DNA from: Hyalangium minutum
GTDB taxonomy: Bacteria > Myxococcota > Myxococcia > Myxococcales > Myxococcaceae
NCBI RefSeq assembly: GCF_000737315.1
Contig: NZ_JMCB01000016.1
Coordinates: 1 to 64,000, forward strand
Reading direction: 5' to 3'
DNA length: 64,000 nucleotides
Below are positions 19,201 to 28,900 of this stretch, in pieces; position 1 is the first letter of the stretch, and each line of letters opens with the position of its first letter. Position numbers and translations under genes: made by a program. The notes beneath the pieces were generated by a model. It was not told where the DNA came from. It saw nothing but the letters and a program-made list of their open reading frames with translations, and did not search any database.

Positions 19201-19247
19201 CCGGGGATCTTCCCGGCGGATTTTCCCGGGGCTTTTTCCGGGGACTC
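19201..19247. repeat. Four imperfect 12-13 bp direct repeats (CCGGGG-N-T tract) upstream of the protease
   Basis: ccggggatcttc / ccggcggattttc / ccggggcttttt / ccggggactc. Confidence 0.55.
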
Positions 19248-19279
19248 GGGCTGAGTGTTTTCGCGAAGTTGGCGCGCGC

Positions 19280-20722
19280 TCAGCGCAAGACTTCCCTCAG
19301 GGCCGTCTTCGCCGCGTGGTAGCCGGACATGCCATGGACCCCGCCTCCCGGAGGGGTGGAGGCCGAGCACAGGTAGAGCCCCTTCACGGGTGTCTTGTAC
19401 GGGTTCATCCGGGGCGCCGGCCGCGTGAAGATCTGCGAGAGCATGTTGGCGCCGCCGGTGATGTCGCCTCCGATGAGGTTGGCGTTGTGGCGTTCCATGG
19501 CGGCCGGGCCCATGACGTGGCGGGCGACGATGGTGTCCTTGAAGCCCGGGGCGAAGCGCTCCACCTGTTGCTCGATGCGGTCCGTGACGTCCAGGTCTCC
19601 GCCGTGAGGCACATGGCAGTACGCCCAGGCGGTCTGCTTCCCGGCGGGGGCGCGGCTGGCATCGAACGGGTACTGCACCAGCAGCACGTAGGGCTTCTCG
19701 GCGTAGCGCTGCTCCCAGGGGGCCTGCTCGGAGGCGGCGAGCTCGTCGAACGTGCCGCCCAGGTGAAGGGTGCCCGCGTCCCGGCAGGCAGCGGCCTTCC
19801 AGGGGATGGGCTCCGACAGCGCCCAGTCCACCTTGTGCACGCCCGGGCCGTAGCGGAACGCCTGGAGGTGCTTCCGGTAGCCTTCGGGCAGCCGGGAGCC
19901 GGCGAGCTTCAGGAGCTGCCGGGCGGTGACATCGCAGAGGATGGCCTTCGCCGGAGGCAGCTCGTCGAGGCTCTCGACGCGCGCGTTCAGCTCGATGTCG
20001 CCGCCCAGGGAGCGGAGGAGGGACGCCAGGGCATCGGCCAGCTTCTGGGAGCCGCCCTTCGCCACGGGCCAGCCTGCCGCGTGGGCGCTGGTGCCGAGCA
20101 CGAGCCCGAACGCGCTGGTGGCCATCGAGTCCAGCGGCAGAATGGAGTGCGCGGCCACACCCGCGAACAGGGCCTTGGCGGGGTCTCCATCGAACCACGT
20201 GTGCGCGAGGCCCCGGGCGGAGCGCAGCGCCATGAGCCCGAAGCGGGCCATGGCGAGGGGGTGCTTCGGGAAGGGATTGAAGGGGCCGAGCAGCTCCGGC
20301 ACGAGCTTCTCCCAGTCGCGCACGAGGGGCCCATAGAGCTGCTTCCAGGCCTCTCCGTCGCGGCCCAGCGTGGCGGCCGTCTCCTCCAGGGAGCGATAAG
20401 CCACGGCGGCGGTGCCGTCGTCGAGCGGATGGGCGTAGGGGGCCTTGGGGAAGACGAGCTCCAGCCCGTGCTCGGCCAGCGGGAGGCTGCGCAGGAACGG
20501 AGAGGCCACGGCCAGGGCCTGGACAGTGGAGCAGATGTCGTGGATGAAGCCGGGCAGCGTCAGCTCGGCGGAGCGGCATGAGCCGCCGACCGCGTCATTC
20601 GCCTCGCGCACCAGCACCGAGCGCCCCGCCTGGGCCAGCACGATGGCTGCCGCCAGTCCGTTGGGGCCTGCTCCGATCACCACCGCGTCGTAGGACTTCG
20701 CCAAGGTAGCCCCCACTCTCAT
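19280..20722 (-). CDS. NAD(P)/FAD-dependent oxidoreductase, phytoene dehydrogenase-like
   Basis: IGAGPNGL FAD motif, HDICS, GGDITGG, LYLCSASTPPGGGVHGMSG. Confidence 0.9.
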   Translation of the reverse strand: MRVGATLAKSYDAVVIGAGPNGLAAAIVLAQAGRSVLVREANDAVGGSCRSAELTLPGFIHDICSTVQALAVASPFLRSLPLAEHGLELVFPKAPYAHPLDDGTAAVAYRSLEETAATLGRDGEAWKQLYGPLVRDWEKLVPELLGPFNPFPKHPLAMARFGLMALRSARGLAHTWFDGDPAKALFAGVAAHSILPLDSMATSAFGLVLGTSAHAAGWPVAKGGSQKLADALASLLRSLGGDIELNARVESLDELPPAKAILCDVTARQLLKLAGSRLPEGYRKHLQAFRYGPGVHKVDWALSEPIPWKAAACRDAGTLHLGGTFDELAASEQAPWEQRYAEKPYVLLVQYPFDASRAPAGKQTAWAYCHVPHGGDLDVTDRIEQQVERFAPGFKDTIVARHVMGPAAMERHNANLIGGDITGGANMLSQIFTRPAPRMNPYKTPVKGLYLCSASTPPGGGVHGMSGYHAAKTALREVLR

Positions 20723-20741
20723 GTGCTGCCTTCTCGCCTGT

Positions 20742-20758
20742 CCTACCTTAAAGGTGGG
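20742..20758. promoter_or_regulatory. Palindrome CCTACC-TTAAA-GGTGGG (second copy of dispersed motif)
   Basis: One mismatch to CCTACC-N5-GGTAGG; lies between the divergent oxidoreductase and Prim-Pol genes. Confidence 0.5.
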
Positions 20759-20908
20759 AGGCCTGAACTTCCCCTTAGGGGTTTTCCGCCGCTCGTGTTG
20801 AGGGCTGAAAATCGGCTCTCTGCGGCGCTCGTTCGATCGCCCGCCTGCTGGACGTTCCCGCGTCCGGGGCTGTGCCGGGCCGGGGATCCGATCCTTACCT
20901 TGGGAGCC

Positions 20909-21844
20909 ATGAACGCGGAGGCGCTGGCCAACCTCGAGGAAGGCGCGAGCGGGGAGCGCACCCTGCGCATTGCAGGCCGCGAGCTGCGCCTGACCCACCT
21001 GGACAAGCCGTTCTGGCCGGAGCTGGGCATCACCAAGGGAGACCTGCTGCGCTACTACGCGCAGGTGGCGCCGGTGCTGCTGCCCCACGTCGCGGACCGG
21101 GCCATGGTGATGAAGCGGTACCCGAACGGGGCCTTCGGGCCGTTCTTCTTCATGAAGCGGGCGCCGGTGCCACGGCCGGAGTGGGTGAAGACGTGCTCCA
21201 TCACCCACGGCTCGGGCAACGTCATCGACTTCCCGGTGATTGGAGACCTGGCGTCGCTGCTCTGGGTGGTGAACCTGGGCTGCATCGACCTGAACCCCTG
21301 GTACGCGCGGTGCGATGACGTGCTGCGGCCGGACTACCTGCACTTCGATCTGGACCCGGGCCAGGCGCCCTGGGAGCAGGTGGTGGAAGTGGGCTTCATC
21401 CTGCGGGACGTGCTCAAGGGCCTGAAGATGCCGCCGCTGGTGAAGACCTCGGGCTCCAAGGGGCTGCACCTCTACATCCCCATTCGCCGGGGCCCGACGC
21501 AGAAGCAGGTGTGGACCATCGCGAAGGCGCTCGCGCAGGAGCTGGCCGCGGCGCACCCGGAGCTCGTCACCGCCGAGTACCGCATCGCCAAGCGCCCCGT
21601 GGGCCGCGTGCTCGTGGACTACAACCAGAACGCGCTGGGACGCACGCTGGCGTCCATCTACTCGGTGCGCCCCACGCCTGACGCCAGCGTGTCCACGCCC
21701 GTGACGTGGGAGGAACTGGAGAAGGGAGCGCGCATCGAGGACTTCACCCTGCGCAACGTGCCCGCCCGCGTGAAGCGCCGGGGAGACCTGTGGAAGCCGC
21801 TGCTGTCCGCGAAGGGGCGGGTGGACTTGGGGAGGTTCCTGTGA
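20909..21844 (+). CDS. ligD: Stand-alone LigD polymerase/primase domain (Prim-Pol, PolDom)
   Basis: LTHLDKPFWP, TKGDLLRYY, MKRYPNG, HFDLDPG, KTSGSKGLH, VDYNQN, YSVR. Confidence 0.9.
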   Translation: MNAEALANLEEGASGERTLRIAGRELRLTHLDKPFWPELGITKGDLLRYYAQVAPVLLPHVADRAMVMKRYPNGAFGPFFFMKRAPVPRPEWVKTCSITHGSGNVIDFPVIGDLASLLWVVNLGCIDLNPWYARCDDVLRPDYLHFDLDPGQAPWEQVVEVGFILRDVLKGLKMPPLVKTSGSKGLHLYIPIRRGPTQKQVWTIAKALAQELAAAHPELVTAEYRIAKRPVGRVLVDYNQNALGRTLASIYSVRPTPDASVSTPVTWEELEKGARIEDFTLRNVPARVKRRGDLWKPLLSAKGRVDLGRFL

Positions 21845-22932
21845 AGCCGCCACGTACCGCCGGGCCTGCCTCGTGGGCAGCGCTGGACTTGCCGCTGACG
21901 CCGCCGTACCCGCCCATGGAGGCGGAGCTGGTGCGGGACATTCCCCCGGGAGACGACTGGCAGTACGAGCCCAAGTGGGACGGCTTCCGGTGCATCGTCT
22001 ACCGGGACGGGGACCACGTGGAGCTGCAGTCCAAGGCGGGCCAGCCGCTGGGCCGGTACTTCCCGGAGCTCGTCGAGGCCGTGCGCGAGCTGTCGCCCCA
22101 GCGCTTCGTGCTGGATGGGGAGATCGTCATCCCGGAGGAGGGCGGGCTCTCGTTCGACGCGCTGCTGCTTCGCATCCACCCCGCGGCGAGCCGGGTGGCC
22201 ATGCTGGCGAAGCAGAGCCCCTCGCGGCTGTACGTGTTCGATCTGCTGGTGGACGCGCGGAGGCAGCTCCTCACCGACAAGCCGCTGATGGTGCGGCGGG
22301 AGAAGCTGGAGGCGTTCGCCTCGCGCTACCTGGAGCCAGCGGGGCAGATCCGGCTGTCACCGGCGACGCACTCGCAGAAGGTGGCGCGGGCGTGGCTGGG
22401 CTCGCAGGGGATGGATGGGGTGGTGGCCAAGCGGCTGTCTTCCCAGTACACGTCAGGCGAGCGCACGGGGATGGTGAAGGTGAAGCCACAGCGCACGGCG
22501 GACTGCGTGGTGGGAGGCTTCCGCTGGGCGGAGCGGCGGGAGAGTGGGGTGGGCTCCATCCTGCTGGGCCTGTACGGGAAGGACGGGCTGCTGCACCACG
22601 TGGGTTACTGCTCGAGCTTCTCGGCGAAGGACAAGAAGGAACTGGTGGAGCCGCTGGAGTCCCTCCGGGGTGCTCCGGGGTTCACGGGCAAGGCGCCGGG
22701 AGGCCCGAGCCGCTGGAGCAAGCGGGACGGGGCCTGGGAGCCGCTGCAAACGCGGTTGGTGGTGGAGGTGGCGTACGACCACTTCAGCCAGGGGCGTTTC
22801 CGGCACGGCACCCAGTTCGTGCGCTGGCGCCCGGACAAGGCGCCGGAGCAGTGCCGCATGGAGCAGGTGCTGCGGCGGCGCTCGCGGGCCGAGGTTCCCT
22901 ACGTGGAACCGGGTGACGTCCACGCCCCGTGA
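21841..22932 (+). CDS. ligC: ATP-dependent DNA ligase (LigC-type)
   Basis: Adenylation motif YEPKWDGFR, LDGEIV, VFDLL, DGVVAK, KVKPQRTADCVV, RFRHG; GTGA overlap with Prim-Pol. Confidence 0.88.
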   Translation: MKPPRTAGPASWAALDLPLTPPYPPMEAELVRDIPPGDDWQYEPKWDGFRCIVYRDGDHVELQSKAGQPLGRYFPELVEAVRELSPQRFVLDGEIVIPEEGGLSFDALLLRIHPAASRVAMLAKQSPSRLYVFDLLVDARRQLLTDKPLMVRREKLEAFASRYLEPAGQIRLSPATHSQKVARAWLGSQGMDGVVAKRLSSQYTSGERTGMVKVKPQRTADCVVGGFRWAERRESGVGSILLGLYGKDGLLHHVGYCSSFSAKDKKELVEPLESLRGAPGFTGKAPGGPSRWSKRDGAWEPLQTRLVVEVAYDHFSQGRFRHGTQFVRWRPDKAPEQCRMEQVLRRRSRAEVPYVEPGDVHAP

Positions 22933-23044
22933 GCTAGGGAGCGCGGACCCGCCTGCACCGCTGGAAGTCGTGGGTGTGATAACCCGTCTGCTGCTCTGGG
23001 AGCGAAAACACCGCCGCAGGCGTAACGCTGTGGAGGTAACGGCG

Positions 23045-23080
23045 GTACCGCGCTCTTGAGTGGGGGGAGGAGCGCGGTGC
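23045..23080. terminator. 11-bp stem hairpin
   Basis: gtaccgcgctc / gagcgcggtgc. Confidence 0.45.
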
Positions 23081-23107
23081 TGCTAGGGATACTTTACTCC
23101 GGGCAAC

Positions 23108-23130
23108 GGGTTCGATTCCCACCGCCTCCA
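23108..23130 (+). other. 3'-terminal fragment of tmRNA (ssrA) or an Ala-type tRNA; candidate att site
   Basis: GGGTTCGATTCCCACCGCCTCCA = T-loop plus acceptor 3' strand CGCCTCC-A (would give G3:U70 with a GGGGGCG 5' end). The 5' T-stem half is broken and no cloverleaf or tmRNA 5' end lies upstream. Confidence 0.65.
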
Positions 23131-23134
23131 TTCC

Positions 23135-23172
23135 GAGAATCCCAGTAATCTTGAAGGGGTGCTGGGTTTCTC
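23135..23172. terminator. Hairpin directly after the tmRNA-like fragment
   Basis: gagaatcccag...ctgggtttctc followed by a T-rich tract. Confidence 0.55.
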
Positions 23173-23206
23173 TTTGGCCTCGTTTTCATCATGTGCCCCA
23201 GTGTAC

Positions 23207-24849
23207 CAGGCCTGCTGCGTTCTCCTGGGTGAGGATGGGAAGAAGGCGCCTGGGAACGGGAGGTTACGCACAGAAGAGGGGGAACGGAATCGGAGACGAC
23301 CTTCCAGGTCGCTGTTCTGATCGCTTCCCTGGTGGGTAGGAAGTGCTCGACACTGAGGGAGCGGACAGAGGAGGAGGGACGGGGCCGGCGAGCCCCATCC
23401 CCCCAATGCCCCGTTCTGCGAGGCACGCGGAAGCGGGGCAGGAGGAGTCGAGCATGAGTGGACTGGGAGGGGACAACAGCGCCGAGTGCTGCAGCAGGCG
23501 CGGGTGGCGTGGGACAAGGCAGTGAAGGACCCGAGGGATGGCCGAGGCAGGAGGCATGGGCACCTGGGGTTGTTGGGGCTGGTGGTGGTGGCCTTCGCGG
23601 TGGGAAAGAAGGGGCTGAAGCAGGTGGCGCAGTTGGCCCAGGACGTGGGGGCGAGGACGCGAAAGCGGCTGGGACTGCCGCAAGCGGTAGTAGGCTCGAC
23701 GCTGTGGCGCTTGCTGGAGAAGCAGCCTGCGGCCGGGTTGCGGGAGACGATGATGGCGCAGGTGCAGCAGGTGCTCAAGGACCCGAGGACGCCGCGACTG
23801 GCGTTTCCCATGGGCGTGTTGAGCCTGGATGGAAAGAGCCTGTGGACCACCCACCAGGGCGAGGTGAAGGGCTTGGAGTCGGTGGCCAACAACGAGGCGG
23901 GCCGCGAGTTGTGGAGCCAGGGGGCGCTGCGGGCGGTGCTCACCAGCGTGGTGGCCGCGCCGTGCCTGGACATGGAGTTTGTCAGCGCCAAGCAGGGAGA
24001 GTCCCCCGCCTTGCGGCAGTTGTTTCCTCGGGTGGTGCAGGCCTATGGCGAGCACTTCGGGGTGGCGACGGGGGACGCGGGACTGACGGCCGCACCAAAC
24101 GCCGCGCTGGTGCGACAGTGGGGCAAGCACTACTGCTTCGGGCTGAAGGCCAATCAACCTACCCTCCATGAGTACGCGGTGCGTGTCATCGCCGCCAAGC
24201 AGTGTCCGGCTCGGGCGCGAACCCAGGAGCGGGCTCATGGCAAGACGGTGGTGCGTGAGCTGTGGACGCCCGCGCTTGAGCCGGGCGAGGTGGACTTCCC
24301 GGGAGCACGCATGCTGCTGCTGGTGCGCCAGCAGCACTGGGGCGACGACGGCACCTGCGAGGAGGAATACCGCTACTTTGTTACCTCCCTGGACACCACC
24401 CTCTTCACCTTCAAACAACTGCTGCGGCTCGTACGGGTGCACTGGGGCATCGAGAACCGGCACCACTGGACGCTCGATGTGGTGCTAGGCGAGGACGAGC
24501 ACCAGCCCTGCCGCCCCACCCGCACGGCACTGGAGGTGGTGGCCTGGTTGCGTGCCATAGCCTTCAACCTGCTCTCCTTCTTCCGCGCGCGTCTTCCTCT
24601 GGAAGGCCGCCACCTCGTGCAGTGGGATCGAGCCTGCGAACTGCTCCGCGACAGCCTCGTCCACGGGCGCAGGCTGGAGACTCTCCTCACTGCTGCCTGA
24701 GGGCTCGCCGGCCCTCCCTCCGCTCCTGGCCGCCACAGCCTTCGTTGCTCACGGCGCTCCGGCCGAGCGGCGGAGCTTTGTCTCAGCGCTCCTCGCTCTC
24801 ATACGGCGCCTTCACGCAACCGCAATCGCCCGACAACGCATCAGATCTG
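23207..24849 (+). mobile_element. Complete ISAs1-family insertion sequence (1643 bp) with 11-bp target-site duplication
   Basis: IRL caggcctgctgcgttctc vs reverse-complement IRR cagatctgatgcgttgtc (14/18); flanking direct repeat ccccagtgtac at 23196-23206 and 24850-24860. Confidence 0.88.
23486..24700 (+). CDS. ISAs1-family DDE transposase
   Basis: LSLDGK, TGDAG, FGLKANQP, VRVHWGIENRHHWTLDVVLGED hallmark; start codon uncertain. Confidence 0.9.
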   Translation: MLQQARVAWDKAVKDPRDGRGRRHGHLGLLGLVVVAFAVGKKGLKQVAQLAQDVGARTRKRLGLPQAVVGSTLWRLLEKQPAAGLRETMMAQVQQVLKDPRTPRLAFPMGVLSLDGKSLWTTHQGEVKGLESVANNEAGRELWSQGALRAVLTSVVAAPCLDMEFVSAKQGESPALRQLFPRVVQAYGEHFGVATGDAGLTAAPNAALVRQWGKHYCFGLKANQPTLHEYAVRVIAAKQCPARARTQERAHGKTVVRELWTPALEPGEVDFPGARMLLLVRQQHWGDDGTCEEEYRYFVTSLDTTLFTFKQLLRLVRVHWGIENRHHWTLDVVLGEDEHQPCRPTRTALEVVAWLRAIAFNLLSFFRARLPLEGRHLVQWDRACELLRDSLVHGRRLETLLTAA

Positions 24850-24934
24850 CCCCAGTGTACTCCTCGGGTGTCTCAAGCCCAGAACGGCGCGTGGCTGGGG
24901 GGGACGGGCCGATCCAACTCGTGCGCCGTGTGCT

Positions 24935-24978
24935 CTCTCTTGGGGGAACTAGGGAATAGTTCATGTTGCCCCAAAGAG
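24935..24978. promoter_or_regulatory. Nested inverted repeat upstream of the hamA-like gene
   Basis: Outer ctcttgggg/ccccaaagag stem enclosing the palindrome AACTA-GGGAA-TAGTT (24947-24961). Confidence 0.35.
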
Positions 24979-25172
24979 GAGGTGGCTCCAGTGGCAGGTA
25001 TAACCAAGGCGAGCAGGCTCTCTTACATGACCTGTCGTCCAAGAGCCGCGACTGGGCGGTTATGCCGGTCGGAAGTGGGCACATTTCCCTACCTGTGCGT
25101 AGAATCTCTTCCCGGAGACTGCTTGGCCCATAGTAATCTGCACTTTTCGCAAACCTCCACCAAGATCAGCGC

Positions 25173-25997
25173 ATGCACTTCTCGGTCATCGCCCAGCAGG
25201 ATACGCCACTGCCAGAAGCCCATCGCTGGGCAGCAGTAACGTGTGGGTGCAAGCCCGATGTCACCCTAGAAGAGGATGCTGCGGCAATGGTGCGGGCAGC
25301 CTACGGCGAGCAGGAATTCTTGGCTCAGCTTGGTCAGGTAGACCCTTCCGTTGCAGCAGACTTCGACCTCTCAAGCATCATGAAGGCATTTGGCCGAGGA
25401 CTACCGGATCCAAAGGCCGAAGGAGACAAGCCTAGGCGGCTTTCAAACTTCCGGGCTGAGACGGCAGAGGTTCTTGCAAAGGCTGCTTTGGCAGACGTCT
25501 ATGCAATTGATTTTCCTATTTCGGAGCAGGCCGGTAAGCAGAACGCGAACCAACCTGTCTTGGGATTCGACGGGTGCGGCTTCGTCACAATAGGCAACTC
25601 GACTGCTCTCGTGTTAGTGACCGTTAAAGGAAGTGACGATGCGAATCGGCCTCCTGCTATCGCTCAAGAACTCATCAAAGAGTGTACGAAAGCACCTAAG
25701 GAGCCAGACAAGCTGTGCCGCACTCTCACCGCGTTACTACTGCGAGTGAAGAGCGCAGCAGTGAAGGCTTCCATCATCAAGATGCTGGAACTTCTGGGGA
25801 AAGCTGTTCTCCCGAAGATTGTCGTTGCTCCAGTACTCGTTCGCGGAAAGATTTCGGCCCATTTAGATGACCTCGGTTCAGTCATGAACGCGGTCGCCAA
25901 CTTTTCCCCTGCCACGACGTATGGACTCGTATTAGGCGTAGGTATTACGCTCGGAGACTTTGGCCACTCAGTCATGTTGAAGGCGAGGGCTGACTGA
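25173..25997 (+). CDS. hamA: HamA-like PD-(D/E)XK nuclease-fold protein (Hachiman-like defence component)
   Basis: Motif order NFRAETAEVLA...KQNANQPVLGFDG...LVTVKGS matches the HamA/DUF1837-type E..D..(E)xK layout; TGATG coupling to the helicase; low GC. Confidence 0.62.
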   Translation: MHFSVIAQQDTPLPEAHRWAAVTCGCKPDVTLEEDAAAMVRAAYGEQEFLAQLGQVDPSVAADFDLSSIMKAFGRGLPDPKAEGDKPRRLSNFRAETAEVLAKAALADVYAIDFPISEQAGKQNANQPVLGFDGCGFVTIGNSTALVLVTVKGSDDANRPPAIAQELIKECTKAPKEPDKLCRTLTALLLRVKSAAVKASIIKMLELLGKAVLPKIVVAPVLVRGKISAHLDDLGSVMNAVANFSPATTYGLVLGVGITLGDFGHSVMLKARAD

Positions 25998-28900
25998 TGG
26001 ACGAGTTCCTCCAACTTGCTGAAGCCCAAGAAGTATCCACCCTCCTGAGCAAGGTTGATACCGCCGAACTTGCTGTTCGTCTGGGCATTGACACAGTAAC
26101 CACTCCACCAAAAGCCGAGGCTCGGCTGCGAGTAGCAGCAGTGACCGCCTTCGCTCAGCGAATTAACGAACTCGGCGGCTCTGACTTCCTTCGCAACGAC
26201 ACAGATGCACTCGACGCTGTACATGAACAGGCTTGGCGTGCGGTGTTCTATAAGTGGACTGGGTACCTCAGTGCCATGGAGGCACAAGGAGCGTCTCCAT
26301 CCATAGACGACCTCATCCTCGCAGTCGCTTCCGGCTTAGCAGCCCGGCGACCAAGCGACGTACGCTTCATGCTCCATCGTCCCTTGGTTGGAACCGCGTT
26401 GGCGAGAGCTGCTACTGCGCAGCCCATGTGGGACCAGCGGGTACGTAACGATATTGGACGGTCGTTAGTACATCTTGTGCGTCAGCGAGATCATGCTGAT
26501 GTCGCAGAATCTGGCGAAGTCATTCGTCAACTAATGGTGAATCAGAAGACTGCTGAATCGCAGCGGTTTGAGCAGCAGAGCACGAAGTCAGGTGCATTCG
26601 GGCTACTTGGCTTATATCACCTTGCTGAAGCGACGATTCGAACATCCGAGTTCCTCCTCTCTGGCGCTGCAGGAAATGGGGAAAGAAAGAATCGAGACTT
26701 TGCCCCACAATTGCGACGCCTTCTCACGCGTGCCGAAGAGTACCTCGAACTTGCAGGAGACCCAGAGGCACTGCTTTGGCTGACCGGTGTGGCACTCGTC
26801 TTGGAATGCATCCGGAGCGATTCTCTCTGGACCCAGGCACGAGGCATTTCAGAAGGTCTCGATGCACTACTCGCAACAATTACTAGCAATGAACGCGAAA
26901 AACCGGTCTTCAGTCTTCTGCCTTCTCAGCAAGAGGCTTTACGTCAGCATCTTCTTGACCCAACCAGAGTCGCTGTTGTCCTTCAAATGCCGACTAGCGC
27001 GGGAAAGACCCTTCTTGCCGAATTCGCGATAGTTCAAGCTTTTGAGGCATATAAGACTGGCACTCGCGCCATCTATCTCTGCCCCACTCGAGCATTGGCA
27101 ACCCAAATTCGTCGGACACTTGGGGAAGACTTGGCGAGAGTGGGTATTCAGGTATCGGTCGCTGGGAGCGCGTTCGAAGAGGACCCCTTTGAACTCGAAT
27201 TGCTTGAATCGTCCGATGGCGTAATTGTTGCCACTCCCGAGAAGCTCGATCTGCTGTTGAGAGCCCATCCTACATGGGCAGAAACACTGCGCCTCGTTAT
27301 CGTAGACGAAGCACACCTCCTTAAAGACTCCGAGCGAGGAGTGCGGTTAGAATTGCTTCTCGCGAACCTCCGTCGTGAGCATCCAGCGACACGCCTCCTA
27401 TTACTCACCCCCTTCGTCGAAAATGCCTCTCAGATTGCAAGTTGGCTTGGCGAAAGCCGTGGGACACCCATTTCGGTCCATTGGCGCCCTTCTCGCGTCC
27501 TTTTAGGCCTCGCAACAATCAAGGGTGGAGGAAAGAATCGTGCACTCACAGTTGAATGGAAGGAACCGCACGAGAGCGCGCGAAAGCCGGACAACCTCAA
27601 AGTGCATGTTGACGTGCCCGCCGGCTTAGTCAACTCCGCTCAAGATCGTGTCGCCTATCTTTATGAACGCTTTAGCAAGCTTGGCACAGTTTTGACAATA
27701 TGCAGCAATTCGCGTGTTGCTGCCGAACAAGTAGCCAGTAAGGTTGCTTTTGCTCAACCCGTGCTGGCTTCGACAACTCCGGCCCTCCGAGTTGCGATAG
27801 CACTAGCCCGCCATGACTATGGTGATGAGAGTCTCCTTGCAAATTGTCTTGAGCGGGGAGTTGCATTTCACCATTCTGCCTTGTCGCCCACTTTGAGGTA
27901 TCTTGTTGAGGACCAGATCCGCGCTGGCACCATCAAGTTTGTGGCAGCAACGTCGACCCTTGCACAAGGAATGAATTTCCCTGTGGCCGCAGTTCTTGTG
28001 CAGTCGGTTCACAAGCCCGAAGGCGCAGGTCCTCTGACGCCAGGAGAGTTCTGGAACATTGCTGGCCGTGCAGGCAGGGTTGGTGTTGCGGACCGTGGTG
28101 TTATTGTCTTCGTCAATCCCCAAGACCGCGAGCACTGGGAGAAATATTCCTCAAGCCTATCGGAGTCGCTCACATCGGCTCTTCTCTCAATTCTTGGGCA
28201 GTTAGGCGACGGGGCCTCGCTCAAAGAGCTTTATAAAAAGCATCCTGAACTCAGGCCTTTCATTCAGTACTTGGCGCATGCTGCCGCAACGTTAGGCCCA
28301 GCGAAGGCCACTGCCGACCTAGAGGAACTCCTCCAAGCAAGTTTGGCTAACAGACAGGTAAAGTCTGGAGTACAAGCACAGCGGCTCAGAACCATTGCTC
28401 GATCCTATCTTAGGGAGATCGGCGGTAAGAATACCGGGTATCTGAAGATTGCGGATACTACCGGACTTGGTTCCTTCAGTTTCGACTCGCTCTTCGCTCA
28501 GATCACGCATGATGAGGTGCTGCGCAGCGGTCCTGGGGAGATTCTGCGCCAGCGGCAGAGAGGGCTTGACCACCTTGTCGATGCGCTCCAATGGCTACCA
28601 GAACTCAACCTAGCTATCGGGCTTGGTGAAGGCCAGATGGATGTGCAAGCCGTCGCACGCATCGTCCAAGGTTGGATGGACGGGTCCCCCATTCATAAGC
28701 TTGCATCCGAATTCAGAGGGAAAGACCTTCCTGAACAGACTCGCAAAGCGGGTGCTTACGTTTACAGCAAGGTATCACAGACCATCTCGTGGGGCGCGCA
28801 CGCTTACCTTCGTGGCTGGAGCATGCGAGCAAATATCGACGTGGATAAGATTCCACCCAAAGATGCCATGCTGCCTACCTATATTCAGTACGGCGTCCAC

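Noticed and set aside
17865-20579. 904-aa ORF apparently fusing the oxidoreductase region to the protease
   Set aside because: The first ~477 aa are an off-frame read of the oxidoreductase; the real gene starts with a signal peptide at 19148.
19280-21853. 857-aa ORF spanning the oxidoreductase and antisense ligD
   Set aside because: The FAD motif begins near 20722; the extension is the antisense of the Prim-Pol gene.
22934-23131. 65-aa ORF MEAVGIEP...
   Set aside because: Typical spurious translation of the reverse complement of a tRNA/tmRNA 3' end.
23040-23172. Possible intact tRNA, or permuted two-piece tmRNA
   Set aside because: GGAGGAG at 23066 pairs 6/7 with the acceptor strand but gives only 65 nt with no D or anticodon arms and a broken T-stem. 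The downstream GGGGTGC does not pair as a 5' acceptor strand. Kept only as a 3' fragment.
25088-25103. Fourth full copy of the CCTACC palindrome before hamA
   Set aside because: The spacer is one base short and the right arm is degenerate (CCTACC-TGTG-CGTAGA); counted only as a half-site.
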